Positions 26,615 to 37,262 of a stretch of 64,000 bases of DNA are shown here, piece by piece. The first letter of the stretch is position 1. Each line of letters opens with the position of its first letter. The notes under the pieces are model-generated. The model had not been told where the DNA came from. It ran no database searches and worked only from the letters and a program-made list of their open reading frames with translations. The DNA lies in NCBI GenBank assembly GCA_014239955.1, contig JAAZXW010000019.1, forward strand, positions 53,298 through 117,297, given 5' to 3'. Source of the stretch: Methanobacteriota archaeon. GTDB lineage: Archaea; Thermoplasmatota; Poseidoniia; Poseidoniales; Thalassarchaeaceae. The translations under genes were made by a program, and so were the position numbers.

Positions 26615-28579
26615 GTGGGCAAACTCTCATCAACACATTACCTCAGAGTTGTTGTAACAGTCATTTTGTTAGTTAGCTCCGTATCCGTAACCCTGAATTC
26701 ATCCAAGGTAAATGATGCAATAGCATCTTCAGTTACGAATCCAGAACAGTCTGACTATGAGATGGTAGGTCTCTCTACGGAGGAGAAATGGCCCGTACTT
26801 AGAATCAGCTTCCCCGGAAAACCATTTCCAAATTCTCTGCTAGGTGACCTCTTTGACGGAGACTTCTCGGCCCATCAGTATATCTCGGAAATGAGTGGTG
26901 GCTTGTCACAACTAAACTCAACGATAGTAGAAGGGGTCTGGGAGTCTCAATATGAAGAGTCGTACTGGGGAGAGGATTCTGATTTAGAGAGGGATTCTGG
27001 TAGCGGTTCAGGAGGTGCTAGGGAGCTTGCAACCCAGGCAATAATGGGATTATTGCAGAACCAGGACCCTTCCCGATGGGATCTTGATGGGGATTATGTT
27101 GTCGACCGACTCCTCATACTACATTCTGGTCAACCTCAGGAGGAGGGTGGCCCATCTAGCAGAATCTGGAGTCATTTCTCACTATTCCATGAACCGGTTG
27201 TCATTGGTGACTACACCTTTGAGCACTACACAATGGCATCGGTGCACGGGGGGCTCGGTGTTACGGTTCATGAGATGCTACATCAAATGGGGGCAGTCGA
27301 CCTCTATGACGTACATAGCGAATCCCCCACGAAGAGCTGGTATGGACTTGGTGACTGGGACATTATGGCTAGTGGTAACTGGATTGGAGATGGAGCCAAG
27401 CCATCGTTGCCGTCTTCTTCTACTTTGGATCTAATTTGTGCAGTCAGACCAATTCTGCCTATTCTCCATCTCGATGAAAACTTCACCCTATACCCAGTTT
27501 CCCAAGGTGGGTCGCCATTGAAGATTGAAATTGCCCAGGGGGAGTACATTTGGGTTTCACTAAGGTCAGACGTTGGGTTTGACAGTGGGTTGCCAGGCCA
27601 TGGAATATTGGTGGAACAGCAGGATCTTGGATTCGGTGATATTGACTCAAACCTTGTAAATACCGACCCACTTAAGCCATGGGTAAAAATCATCGAAGCA
27701 GATGGAAACGATGCATTACTGCGGGCGAGGGACTATGGTTCTGCAGGCGATACGTTCACCGTTGGCGATAGATTTGGCCACACGGGGAAGCAGATATGGG
27801 ACAATCATGGTCGATTATCCCCGTGGACAATCACCGTCACATCTGTTGGAAATGAATCTGCCACGGTTGAATATGACTTCGTAGGGGACGCGAATGCCAC
27901 AGTATCGATGCCGAGAAGCCCAATCGTATTACTGCCAAACGAGTCTGTATCCGCAGAGTTAATCGCCGATTCTGATTGTCAAATCGTATCTCAATTATCT
28001 ACTACTGGTGAATTTTGGACTCAATCCGAAAATGACTCCAACATAATCCCAATACTGGAATTGAATGACTCATCACCAAGGAAGGGGACTATTTCGGGAA
28101 CTATAGGTTGCCATGGCCGTCCCATGACCAGTGTCTCTCTGGAATGGCATGTTGTAAACCACAGATTCACCAGCGATTCTCTGGAGTCTACGGTTGCTTG
28201 GGATGAACCGTCCACCGTGAGGATGTTTCCTGATACTGAAGGTGATGGCCCCCGAATTTACACGATAACAGTTGAAGGGCCCGCAGGGCGGATTTCTGAC
28301 TCCACAACATCTGGACAATTCTATCCGGGCGACCCAATAGTATTGGATATTGATCCTGCTGGACTTCTTGAGCCAAGAATGGTAGCAAGAGGCGAGCTGG
28401 TTATAGTAGATTCAAACAATGTCGAACAAAGAATATCAATCGTACTAAATTCCGAAGGAAAGCTACCATTTGGACCGCTAAATTGGCTCGCAATACCTTC
28501 GAACGCCATCTCAACTGTTCTAGTTCTCTTGGCCCTGTCAATAGCCACAGGCAATAAGAAAGAGTCCCTAGTTCCGTAA
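26615..28579 (+). CDS. secreted zinc metalloprotease, M6 (immune inhibitor A)-like domain, C-terminal TM anchor
   Basis: Signal-like N-terminus, HEMLHQMGAVDLYD (HExxHxxGxxDxYD as in M6 family), C-terminal hydrophobic anchor. Confidence 0.5.
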   Translation: MGKLSSTHYLRVVVTVILLVSSVSVTLNSSKVNDAIASSVTNPEQSDYEMVGLSTEEKWPVLRISFPGKPFPNSLLGDLFDGDFSAHQYISEMSGGLSQLNSTIVEGVWESQYEESYWGEDSDLERDSGSGSGGARELATQAIMGLLQNQDPSRWDLDGDYVVDRLLILHSGQPQEEGGPSSRIWSHFSLFHEPVVIGDYTFEHYTMASVHGGLGVTVHEMLHQMGAVDLYDVHSESPTKSWYGLGDWDIMASGNWIGDGAKPSLPSSSTLDLICAVRPILPILHLDENFTLYPVSQGGSPLKIEIAQGEYIWVSLRSDVGFDSGLPGHGILVEQQDLGFGDIDSNLVNTDPLKPWVKIIEADGNDALLRARDYGSAGDTFTVGDRFGHTGKQIWDNHGRLSPWTITVTSVGNESATVEYDFVGDANATVSMPRSPIVLLPNESVSAELIADSDCQIVSQLSTTGEFWTQSENDSNIIPILELNDSSPRKGTISGTIGCHGRPMTSVSLEWHVVNHRFTSDSLESTVAWDEPSTVRMFPDTEGDGPRIYTITVEGPAGRISDSTTSGQFYPGDPIVLDIDPAGLLEPRMVARGELVIVDSNNVEQRISIVLNSEGKLPFGPLNWLAIPSNAISTVLVLLALSIATGNKKESLVP

Positions 28580-28637
28580 TTTTGTCGGAACAGCCTCTAG
28601 GTCAGTGAATACAGAATGCCAAATGACTTAGCTACAG

Positions 28638-29702
28638 CTAGATGCGCTTTGGATTGCTCCATCGTGAATCCGAAGGTGGCCGTGAGATCTGTAGATACCT
28701 CCATCTTTCACCATCGTGTATGGGATATAGCCAGTGCTTGTTTACACCCGATGCAAGCCTAGAAGAGAGGCAGGCCTCGGCCCAGTCTGCCGGCCCCCCC
28801 TTAGATGGGTCGACTACCAACCACGGAGCATGCCCGTCTCCCACATCTCCAGAATAGCACCTCCAAGCAGTTCCATACTTGAATCCGGATCTGGTATTCA
28901 AACCCCTCATCCACAAGTCGAGTAGTATGCTTGCTGAGACAGAAAGTACCCCCAACTCATCATCTATTATCGTGGATAAATGCGATACTGAAATCTCAAC
29001 TTTTGCAGTTGATTGAGTTTTCTTCCCCATTAATCGGACAATTTCCGCCTCAGTAATATCCAATTGCCTTCCACCGTGGAGGGGGATGCCAATTGACTCA
29101 AGGGGCCAATCCATTGCATCAGATATGAAAATCCCATTACTGCCAAGGCTTTCCACACTATTGTCTGATATGATTTCAAACACCTGTTCCGTTGGTTGTT
29201 TCATATCGCCACGTGGATCAGCTTCATTGAGGCGATATGTGACCACCGATTGCTCCTCGTCAATGACCAGTACTTCGGGCAACCTCCCTCTTCTAGTCAC
29301 ATCGTCGCACCAATAGAGTAGGCCCTCCAAAATATCCTCAGGGTCTTGGTTAACATCATGTAAGACGTCCTTTGATTCATACCATAGTATCTCAGAGATT
29401 GGGGGGGCCTTGCTCGGGTGGCCGTCAGAAGCCCACCTCATAGCCCAGGAGCCTGAACTTTCAAGACCCAATGGCTCAAAGTTTTCAGATAGAACAACCT
29501 TGTTTCCCGGAACTCTAAGAGCCTCCAAGACTGCTGCTTCTCGGAGAATATTACGATTTAATCTAACTCGTTCTGAAAGCCATAATGCGAATGTCCGCTG
29601 GTCCGAAATATCTTCGAATTCAACACCTCGATGTTCTCTGCAGAAGATCACTTCTGAATCGGTGAGAAGAAGCCCCTCACCTTTGGAAAGTAGTCCCATT
29701 GC
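28638..29702 (-). CDS. endA: tRNA-splicing endonuclease, long form with N-terminal non-catalytic repeat
   Basis: C-terminal catalytic domain RGLNTRSGFKYGTAWRCYSGDVGDGHAPWLVVDP matches the EndA R-G-Y-x-V-K-x-G-x-K-Y-G-x-x-F-x-x-Y...H-S-x-Y-L-V motif; longest ORF reaches 29780 but would overlap the divergent kinase start, so the Met at 29702 is preferred. Confidence 0.6.
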   Translation of the reverse strand, partial: AMGLLSKGEGLLLTDSEVIFCREHRGVEFEDISDQRTFALWLSERVRLNRNILREAAVLEALRVPGNKVVLSENFEPLGLESSGSWAMRWASDGHPSKAPPISEILWYESKDVLHDVNQDPEDILEGLLYWCDDVTRRGRLPEVLVIDEEQSVVTYRLNEADPRGDMKQPTEQVFEIISDNSVESLGSNGIFISDAMDWPLESIGIPLHGGRQLDITEAEIVRLMGKKTQSTAKVEISVSHLSTIIDDELGVLSVSASILLDLWMRGLNTRSGFKYGTAWRCYSGDVGDGHAPWLVVDPSKGGPADWAEACLSSRLASGVNKHWLYPIHDGERWRYLQISRPPSDSRWSNPKRI

Positions 29703-29840
29703 AGACTTCTCCCAAAGCCTGCTATGGGCGGGGCCATCGTATAGCATCCTTCGTTCCCCGGACTTCATGTCCCAATGCAAGGCGCTAACAAATTAGACGC
29801 TATCCCCAAATATCATTCGTCGGACCCCCTTCCGAACATT

Positions 29841-30893
29841 ATGAGCGACGATCCTGTTGCCCTCAGGGGGGAAAGTTTAGCGAGACTGCAGTCCTTACTA
29901 GAATCGATAGATGGTTCGCAAGTCACTCTAATTGGTGATACCATGCTGGATAGATACCACTATGGTTTCGCGAACAATCTGAATTCTACTGCACCGGTGC
30001 CAGTGCTGAAGATATTCCAATCTGATGAATCACCTGGCGCATCGGCTCACATCGCTATCGGGCTGACATCATTCGGAATGAAGGTCTCATTTCACACAGC
30101 AATTGGGGATGACGACGAAGGCGAATCGATTATTTCTACCCTCAAGAATATGGATATCAGTCATGATAATATTGTGGAAGTATCAGATAGAATGACGTTG
30201 ACTAAAATTAGATTCTTTGGTAGTAGGGAAAGCCTCCTTGATAGAAAACAAATTCTACTCCAGGCAGACAGAGGCCCCAACGAAACTCTTGATTTGGAAA
30301 TTTCTGACTCACTTACAGAATCAGCCTACTCTTCCATGCCCAATAGTTGCGCATTAGTTATCTCGGATTATGATAAGGGCGTAGTCACACTAGATGGGGC
30401 CCAGTCTCTGATATCCGCTGCAAATAAATTGGGAATCCCTGCTATAGTTGATCCGAAATTGACCGGCCTGGATAAGAGCAAGGGGGCAACTGTTGTTATT
30501 TTTGAGAAGAGGGGGATGGCTCTTTTGTCTAGAAGGATTGGAATGGATGATGATAATGCTGCAAAGCAACTGATGGATGAGTACTCGTGGGATGGGATTC
30601 TCGTACTTGGTGGGATTCATGGCGTCAATCTACATCAAAGAGAAGGCGACAGCATCCACATGCCGTGCATGGCTCCTTCAGCCGAACAACAGATTGGGAT
30701 GCACGATGCAGCTGCTACCTCATTAGCCGCAGCACTGGGCTCCGGACTATCGCTATTTGATGCAGCATTATTGGCTTCAGCAGCATGTGAATGCGTATTA
30801 TCTGCAAGCTCCGGACAAGACTACATCGATCGCGCAACACTGGGATTATGGCTAGATGAGCTGTCTTGGCAAATGAGAATCTCAGATAGATAG
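29841..30893 (+). CDS. PfkB-family sugar kinase (HldE/RfaE kinase-domain-like)
   Basis: LIGDTMLDRYHYGFANNLNSTAPVPVL resembles the HldE kinase N-terminus (GDxMLDRYxxG...PEAPVPV); C-terminal anion-hole region DAAATSLAAALGSG; longest ORF begins 29775. Confidence 0.6.
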   Translation: MSDDPVALRGESLARLQSLLESIDGSQVTLIGDTMLDRYHYGFANNLNSTAPVPVLKIFQSDESPGASAHIAIGLTSFGMKVSFHTAIGDDDEGESIISTLKNMDISHDNIVEVSDRMTLTKIRFFGSRESLLDRKQILLQADRGPNETLDLEISDSLTESAYSSMPNSCALVISDYDKGVVTLDGAQSLISAANKLGIPAIVDPKLTGLDKSKGATVVIFEKRGMALLSRRIGMDDDNAAKQLMDEYSWDGILVLGGIHGVNLHQREGDSIHMPCMAPSAEQQIGMHDAAATSLAAALGSGLSLFDAALLASAACECVLSASSGQDYIDRATLGLWLDELSWQMRISDR

Positions 30894-30939
30894 AGCAGAA
30901 GCCCATGGCATTGAATAGTATTGATTCAGCGCGATTATC

Positions 30940-32472
30940 GTGTTCACCTCAACTACTCGAGGACGCTTGTTGCCCGTCATTGTAGCATTATTGGTAGTGA
31001 CTATCTCGCAATCAACTTCTTTTGCTGAGGATGGAGGGGTTGAATATCCTGCACAAATTACTCTTGAAATCGATGACGGGACCTATATCAATGAAATGAC
31101 AGATGGCTCTAGTACAATTGTATCAGGCACAATACAGGATGAGAAGGCCCCGGATTCTGCAACATGGGAATTACTGGATTCATCGGGCACAAGGCATTAC
31201 GTCGATTTCACAGATGATCTAGTAATCGAATCTGAATCTGGCCCATGGAATGAGTGGTCATTTAGCATAGAAATCAATCCCCTTGTTGTTGGGCCATGCG
31301 CATGTACAATTATCGTTACAGCAATAGATGACTCTGGAATTACGTATACAGAATTGATGTCAATTTTCATTTCTCCTAATTCACACCAGTTACCTCCGAC
31401 TATCCATATTTTCGAGGAATCTCCGGATACATGGTCTAGCCAAGAGCACATTGTAAATGCGATTTCCTGGACCGTTCACCACGCAGAACCAATTTTTGAA
31501 TACACATTTAGTAACTCAACAAATGTGAAGTGTTCAGATGTACAAAGTCTGGATATTTCTGATTTACAAGACGATGGGATAACGCTAAATTCATCTCAGA
31601 TATCATTTGGAGTGAACGAGGATGGTAATCCTGTGGGGCCATTGTCTTTCGCGATAGACATAGCCCAATATTCTGATGGTTGGTATGACTTAGTATTATT
31701 CGCGACTGATCCTTTGAATCAAGAAGTCTCACATGACTGTACTAGTATCAGGGTGGACAACACCGCCCCCGTAGCACTTATCGAAGGTCCGAGCACTATT
31801 CCGGAAGGAATGGGGGCCGTGGCAATAGATGGGTCGACATCGTATGATTTGAACTGGGGGATCCAAGGACTAACCTACATTTGGTCTGTAATTGAAGTCG
31901 GAGGAAGCTCTGCGTTTGGTGCGGAATTTGTTGTGGGCACGGATGGGCGGAGCATCTCAATTTATCCCACTGGATCGGGGATCTATGAGGTCAAATTGAC
32001 CATTATGGATCAAGCTGGCAATATAGGTAGCAAATCTCAAATTATTGAAGTTCAAAATATTGCCCCAATTGTCAGGTTGACAATCGACGGTGTTCCAATT
32101 TCGGATAATGATGAATTCACACTCCCGAGGGATTCCGCATGTCTTATCGATGCATCAGGTTCTATTGATACCCCCAATGATGCAGACAATTTGCGATATG
32201 TCTGGAGAGTCAATAACATCCCTACTTACGAAGGAGAGTCTAGGGAGTTTTCTTGGCCAGAGGGTGTTGATGATGAATTCATTCTAACCATCGAAGTGAT
32301 TGATGATGACTCGAACTCGTCAATGTTTTCAATATTGATAAAGGATACCGACACAAATGGTGCATTACCACTATCGATAATTGCATTAATTCTATCAGCA
32401 GTATTCTTGACCTATTCTGCTGTCAAATTCCGGAATCAGATCAGCGAACCTGAAATTCCGAAATGGTCTTAG
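30940..32472 (+). CDS. cell-surface protein with Ig-like/PKD-like repeats and C-terminal TM anchor
   Basis: Signal-like N-terminus, repeated beta-rich modules (VDNTAPVALIEGPSTIPEGMGAVAIDGSTSYD...), C-terminal LPLSIIALILSAVFLTYSAV anchor. Confidence 0.5.
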   Translation: MFTSTTRGRLLPVIVALLVVTISQSTSFAEDGGVEYPAQITLEIDDGTYINEMTDGSSTIVSGTIQDEKAPDSATWELLDSSGTRHYVDFTDDLVIESESGPWNEWSFSIEINPLVVGPCACTIIVTAIDDSGITYTELMSIFISPNSHQLPPTIHIFEESPDTWSSQEHIVNAISWTVHHAEPIFEYTFSNSTNVKCSDVQSLDISDLQDDGITLNSSQISFGVNEDGNPVGPLSFAIDIAQYSDGWYDLVLFATDPLNQEVSHDCTSIRVDNTAPVALIEGPSTIPEGMGAVAIDGSTSYDLNWGIQGLTYIWSVIEVGGSSAFGAEFVVGTDGRSISIYPTGSGIYEVKLTIMDQAGNIGSKSQIIEVQNIAPIVRLTIDGVPISDNDEFTLPRDSACLIDASGSIDTPNDADNLRYVWRVNNIPTYEGESREFSWPEGVDDEFILTIEVIDDDSNSSMFSILIKDTDTNGALPLSIIALILSAVFLTYSAVKFRNQISEPEIPKWS

Positions 32473-32511
32473 TCGTAGAAAGACCAAAAGGCAGAATCAG
32501 GAGGGAGGTAC

Positions 32512-33813
32512 ATGGTCTTGCCTTTCAAATCATCAGAGTACATCAACCGTCAAGAAAGGCTGTTTGCAGAATTACCCGAATCTAGCGTACTGATCATCCC
32601 GACCAACGACAGAAAATTCCGATCCAACGATGTTGGTTATCCTTACAGGGCCAATTCCTACATTCTGTACTTATGTGGTTGGGAGGAGCCAGAAGGCGTA
32701 TTTGTTGCCAATAACAAATCTGGCAGCTGGGAAACCATTCTCTTCGTACCGCCACGTGATACTAAGAAGGAGATATGGGAGGGAAAAAGGATAGGCGTTG
32801 ATGGTGCTACAACATGGCCAGTAAATGCTACAGATTCCATAGAAAGTGCCGAATCATACATTTCCGAATATATTTCTGACTCTCATAACATATTTACTAC
32901 GCTAGGAGTTTCGAGTATCATAGATGATATGTTGAACAATCGTGATGACATTACTGATCCAAGGGCCATACTTGATCCAATGCGGCGAATAAAATCGTCT
33001 AGAGAGATTGAACACATGCAAGAAGCTGCAAGAATAGGCTCAGAAGCCCATATTCGTGCTATGGAGGTAGCATTACCCGGAATAGGTGAGTGGCGGATTC
33101 AGTCTGCTATAGAGGGCTATTTCATGGATTGCAAGAGTCAATGGAGTTACCCCTCAATTGTCGGTGGTGGCGAAAATGGCACTATTTTGCATTACAATAC
33201 AAATATGTCTGAGGTGAATGATGGAGAACTAGTTCTCGTTGATGCTGGATGTGAAGTACATGGTTATGCATCTGATATCACTAGAACTTGGCCGGTTAAT
33301 GGCAAGTTCACCGATCCTCAGAAGGAAATTTACGAGTTGGTTCTCAAGGCCGAACTTGCTGGGATTGAGGCATGTCAAAATGGGTCTACTTGGGTTTCTA
33401 TTCACACAGCGACATCCCAAGTTCTTGCCGCTGGTCTAATCGAACTTGGCGTCTTAGATTGCACTCTAGACGAAGCAATAGGCGATCCAGTCAAATTCGA
33501 TGGCCCATATAGGAACTTCTTCATGCATGGAACTGGGCATTTCCTAGGCCTAGATGTCCACGATGTTGGTGGGGGTAGGCAAGGAGATGATGGCAAAGGG
33601 CCCATATTGGAGCCGGGAATGGTCCTAACTGTAGAACCGGGGTTATACTTTGGAGGCTGGAGAACCGATGTAGAAATTCCAGAAAGGTACTCAGGCATAG
33701 GAATACGCATAGAAGATGACATCCTCATTACTGAAGAAGGTCCAGTGGTCCTATCGTCATCATGTCCCAAAGAGATTCAAGAAATTGAGATGATTGTTGG
33801 CACTGGTGCGTAA
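32512..33813 (+). CDS. pepP: Xaa-Pro aminopeptidase (M24B)
   Basis: Pita-bread metal ligands: VDAGCEVHGYASDITRTW, HGTGHFLGLDVHD, VLTVEPGLYF, EDDILIT. Confidence 0.85.
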   Translation: MVLPFKSSEYINRQERLFAELPESSVLIIPTNDRKFRSNDVGYPYRANSYILYLCGWEEPEGVFVANNKSGSWETILFVPPRDTKKEIWEGKRIGVDGATTWPVNATDSIESAESYISEYISDSHNIFTTLGVSSIIDDMLNNRDDITDPRAILDPMRRIKSSREIEHMQEAARIGSEAHIRAMEVALPGIGEWRIQSAIEGYFMDCKSQWSYPSIVGGGENGTILHYNTNMSEVNDGELVLVDAGCEVHGYASDITRTWPVNGKFTDPQKEIYELVLKAELAGIEACQNGSTWVSIHTATSQVLAAGLIELGVLDCTLDEAIGDPVKFDGPYRNFFMHGTGHFLGLDVHDVGGGRQGDDGKGPILEPGMVLTVEPGLYFGGWRTDVEIPERYSGIGIRIEDDILITEEGPVVLSSSCPKEIQEIEMIVGTGA

Positions 33814-33814
33814 T

Positions 33815-34963
33815 ATGGCAAACTGGCAGGATATTCTGGAGACTCAACTTGAGACATTCCCTGCCCCCATCTCTGTAGAAGAAGCCGCCATACTATATTC
33901 TGATGCTTCATTAAATGACCTAATGTTTGTTGCAATGGAAAGGAGACATGAACAAGTACCGGGAAACTTAGTCACATTCTTGATTGATCGAAATATCAAT
34001 TACACAAATGTTTGCACAATAAACTGCCACTTCTGTTCCTTCTACAGAACCCCTGGGCACGAGGAAAGCTATACTCAGACAATAGACGAGATTAGTGAGC
34101 GCATTGAGGAGTTAGAAAGTTTGGGTGGTAGCAGGATATTGATGCAGGGAGGGGTAAACCCGGAGCTTCCATTTGAGTGGTATACTGACCTCTTATCTGA
34201 ACTGTCAATTAGGCACCCCAGTATTTCATTGGATTGTTTCTCACCCATCGAGATTGAGGGAATTGCCGAAGTATCGGGGTTCTCTACTCTCGAAGTTCTT
34301 TCTAGATTCCGAGACTCCGGCTTACATGGCCTGCCCGGTGGAGGCGCTGAGATGTTGGTGGATAGCGTCCGAAGTGGCATTTCACCACGCAAAGGATCTT
34401 CCGAAAATTGGCTCAAAGTCATGGGTGAGGCCCAGTCCCTGGGGCTAATTACTTCTGCAACCAATGTATTCGGATTCGGAGAAAGCCACTTCCAACGTAT
34501 GGAACATATGGAGAAAATAAGAAGCCTCCAGGATAAATCAATATCATCGGGATATCCTGGTTTTACCTCCTTCATTTCGTGGCCTGTGATGCTGGAAAAC
34601 AACGCCTTCGGAAAAATCGGGCGTCGGAGGAATTTGATGGGCCTAGGGGCTGGGGCAGTGGAATATCTGCGGCATGTGGCCGTTTCGAGGCTTTTCATGA
34701 GCAATATTGACCATATTCAATCTTCATGGCCGACAATGGGTCTGGGGGTAGCTCAGATTGCATTGTCTGCCGGTGCCGACGATATCGGCTCAACGATGAT
34801 GGAGGAGAACGTTGTTTCTGCTTCAGGAACTACGAAGACAATGGCTTCTGTACAAGAACTGAAGGATTCGATAATTGACAGTGGGTTCACCCCGGCACTT
34901 CGGGATTCGGAGTATAATTTACTGAATCTGTTTGGTGTAAAAGAAATTGCACTAGAAGTTTGA
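33815..34963 (+). CDS. radical SAM enzyme of the MqnC/MqnE family (futalosine-pathway menaquinone biosynthesis)
   Basis: NYTNVCTINCHFCSFYR (CxxxCxxC), overall MqnC/MqnE/CofH-like layout; consistent with the MqnA/D-family gene at 169..1107. Confidence 0.6.
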   Translation: MANWQDILETQLETFPAPISVEEAAILYSDASLNDLMFVAMERRHEQVPGNLVTFLIDRNINYTNVCTINCHFCSFYRTPGHEESYTQTIDEISERIEELESLGGSRILMQGGVNPELPFEWYTDLLSELSIRHPSISLDCFSPIEIEGIAEVSGFSTLEVLSRFRDSGLHGLPGGGAEMLVDSVRSGISPRKGSSENWLKVMGEAQSLGLITSATNVFGFGESHFQRMEHMEKIRSLQDKSISSGYPGFTSFISWPVMLENNAFGKIGRRRNLMGLGAGAVEYLRHVAVSRLFMSNIDHIQSSWPTMGLGVAQIALSAGADDIGSTMMEENVVSASGTTKTMASVQELKDSIIDSGFTPALRDSEYNLLNLFGVKEIALEV

Positions 34964-36049
34964 AAGCTCGGCCCTACCGCTTATTACGGGCGCAACCTCA
35001 ATCACTGTATCCAATTTTGAATTTGGCATAAATACAGGCGCAACCCACTTAATTTTTCTACCGTCAGAACCAACGAACTCGATAATAATCTCCCAATGTA
35101 TTGCGATAAGTGACGAGTAAACTGATCCGGGCCATTGGCCCCTAGGAAGGGCTAATTTGAATGGGGAACCCACATCAATATCGGTTGCCCATGGGCCATG
35201 GCTCATGATTCTAAGTGGTTCAAGAATAACTGATTTCTTTGATGTAGATTGCATTGGAGTGGATTCGCCTACGCCAGCACCTACCTCATCACCCGGTGAA
35301 ACACGTTTCTCAGGGAGTTTTGTGGACATTCCTGGCGATGGCTGACCTCTGTCATTCCTGCCCAGTGAAGCTAGCAATGCACTCCTCTCTGGGGTCGGCA
35401 CTCCGACCTGGATTCTAGCTCGTGACAGCGAAATGCCAGTATCGATTTCTTCGATCGTTACTTCCGAAGTATCCCTATCGGTATGGATAGAAAACTTAGG
35501 ATCTTGAAAGGGTGTTCTATATATCGATGATTGCCTAGAAATATCTCTGAAATTTGCAATCGTTCGGAATAGGAGTGGGAGGAGAAAAAGAGGGAATGTG
35601 TAGAATAGGAGTCTGGGGTATTCCAAAGGCCCTAAGGTGACTGAACCTGCTATGATAGTGCCAATGATTCCATATTCTACAAGCCCGGGTTCTATGGCAT
35701 GAACAAATAGTGAAACAATGAGGAGCACTACTGTGGGCTTAATCAACCTCCTAGAGATATTGTGAAGAGGATCGGGATCTACAAACCAACCCTTGCGAGA
35801 GCTGGTCAGAAAACTTGGCGCAGTATCACGAATTTCACACTCCAAGTGGAACTTGGTGGCATCTTCGTCACTACAATCCACCCATTCTACGAACCAGCCA
35901 TCATCAGTTCCAATTTTGAAATTCCTAAGGCTGTCGTCATTAACATCGACTACTATCTCTGAAATGGGTACATTTCTGGGTTCCATATTCCCTAGTTCGA
36001 ATGGTGGATACCTGATTCTCTGGAGTGTTCGACGCATTATTTGCCCCAC
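34952..36049 (-). CDS. hypothetical membrane protein
   Basis: Central block of 3 TM helices (VVLLIVSLFVHAI...LFYTFPLFLLPLLF) flanked by soluble N- and C-domains; no motif recognised. Confidence 0.4.
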   Translation of the reverse strand: MGQIMRRTLQRIRYPPFELGNMEPRNVPISEIVVDVNDDSLRNFKIGTDDGWFVEWVDCSDEDATKFHLECEIRDTAPSFLTSSRKGWFVDPDPLHNISRRLIKPTVVLLIVSLFVHAIEPGLVEYGIIGTIIAGSVTLGPLEYPRLLFYTFPLFLLPLLFRTIANFRDISRQSSIYRTPFQDPKFSIHTDRDTSEVTIEEIDTGISLSRARIQVGVPTPERSALLASLGRNDRGQPSPGMSTKLPEKRVSPGDEVGAGVGESTPMQSTSKKSVILEPLRIMSHGPWATDIDVGSPFKLALPRGQWPGSVYSSLIAIHWEIIIEFVGSDGRKIKWVAPVFMPNSKLDTVIEVAPVISGRAELSNF

Positions 36050-37257
36050 AGAATAGCCTTTGCTGCCCGCCCAGCAAGCCTCCTGAATTCAGGAACCTCC
36101 CGGAGCATCTTTATTCCCAGCGGAATCGGATTCTCAATGTCACCAAATTCATTGATCAGGTGTGTTACTTCAGGCCTGGCCCAAACAGAAAATATGCTTT
36201 CGAGCTCTGAGTCATCCATCTCAGTGAGAAAAGCATCCCTAAGCGCTCTCTTCTTCCTCTGATCCCTCTTCATTTCTTTGAGAGTACCTGATAACTTCCG
36301 CATCCTTGCATCGCTCAGATCATTATCAAATATTGACTTGCTTAACAATGGGGCCAACATGTCAACTTGTTTGAATCCCGGGCCAATTCCACCTCCAGTA
36401 GTTGGTTTGCAGATGCCTGCAGCATCACCGAACAACGCCACCCTCTCTCTCATCGGCCGCCCGACAATTCCACTTGGAATCGGGCCGCAGAAACGTCCAA
36501 CTTCCGAGCAAAGTGAGAATCGAGCATTTAGGGAATCATCGGCCATTAAACGAGACATGTATTCTTCACTAGAAGCCCCATCCATTAGTTGTGCCTTTGT
36601 CCATGTCCCAATTCTTGTTGTCTCACCCGCGGGTATCGCCCAGCTGAAAAATCCTGGAGCAATTTCCATTCCAGTGTACATGTCGAGCATCCCCTCGTCT
36701 CCAGCGTACCCAGTAACCTCGATTTGGAATCCTATCATCGTCTCAGTCGGATTGCCCATTCTGAATTTCCTCCGAACCCACGAGTGCGCCCCATCGGCAC
36801 CACAGAGTAATTTACATCGTATTGTATCGGCACCATTTACGCCGTCAATCTTCAATTCAACGTAATCACTATGGATATTCGCCGAGATCGGTTTAGTAGA
36901 AAGTAAAATTTCCGTTCCAGAGGCAATTGACTGCATGACAACGGCCTCGTCGAATATCTTCCGACATACGGAATATGTTCTGGGAATGTTAGGGTCCCCT
37001 ATAGTGACCATTTTTCCAGAAGGACTGTGGATATTTGCCCCCCAGATAGTTGTTAGAATTGAATTCTCTAGGCCAATAGTTTCCATAACAACGGGATTTA
37101 CGAGGCCGGCACATTGGAATGGCCGACCAATTTCATTATGTTCCTCTAAAAGAAGCACGCTGTGCCCATATTCATTGAGTTTCTTGGAGAGATAACCGCC
37201 TATTGGGCCGGCTCCAACTACAACGACATCGAATTCTTGGACCATGGTCCTCGCCAC
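36037..37257 (-). CDS. geranylgeranyl reductase family flavoprotein (digeranylgeranylglycerophospholipid reductase-like)
   Basis: FAD-binding DVVVVGAGPIGGYLSKKL...LLLEEHNEIGRPFQCAGLV; 406 aa. Confidence 0.8.
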   Translation of the reverse strand: MARTMVQEFDVVVVGAGPIGGYLSKKLNEYGHSVLLLEEHNEIGRPFQCAGLVNPVVMETIGLENSILTTIWGANIHSPSGKMVTIGDPNIPRTYSVCRKIFDEAVVMQSIASGTEILLSTKPISANIHSDYVELKIDGVNGADTIRCKLLCGADGAHSWVRRKFRMGNPTETMIGFQIEVTGYAGDEGMLDMYTGMEIAPGFFSWAIPAGETTRIGTWTKAQLMDGASSEEYMSRLMADDSLNARFSLCSEVGRFCGPIPSGIVGRPMRERVALFGDAAGICKPTTGGGIGPGFKQVDMLAPLLSKSIFDNDLSDARMRKLSGTLKEMKRDQRKKRALRDAFLTEMDDSELESIFSVWARPEVTHLINEFGDIENPIPLGIKMLREVPEFRRLAGRAAKAILWGK

Positions 37258-37262
37258 ACTAG

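Noticed and set aside
29703-29840. Overlap of longest endA ORF (to 29780, minus) with longest kinase ORF (from 29775, plus)
   Set aside because: Divergent genes cannot share promoter space inside each other's coding regions; internal starts matching the family N-termini (MGLLSKGEG for EndA; MSDDPVAL...LIGDTMLDRY for the kinase) chosen, leaving a 138-bp intergenic region. Alternative remains possible.
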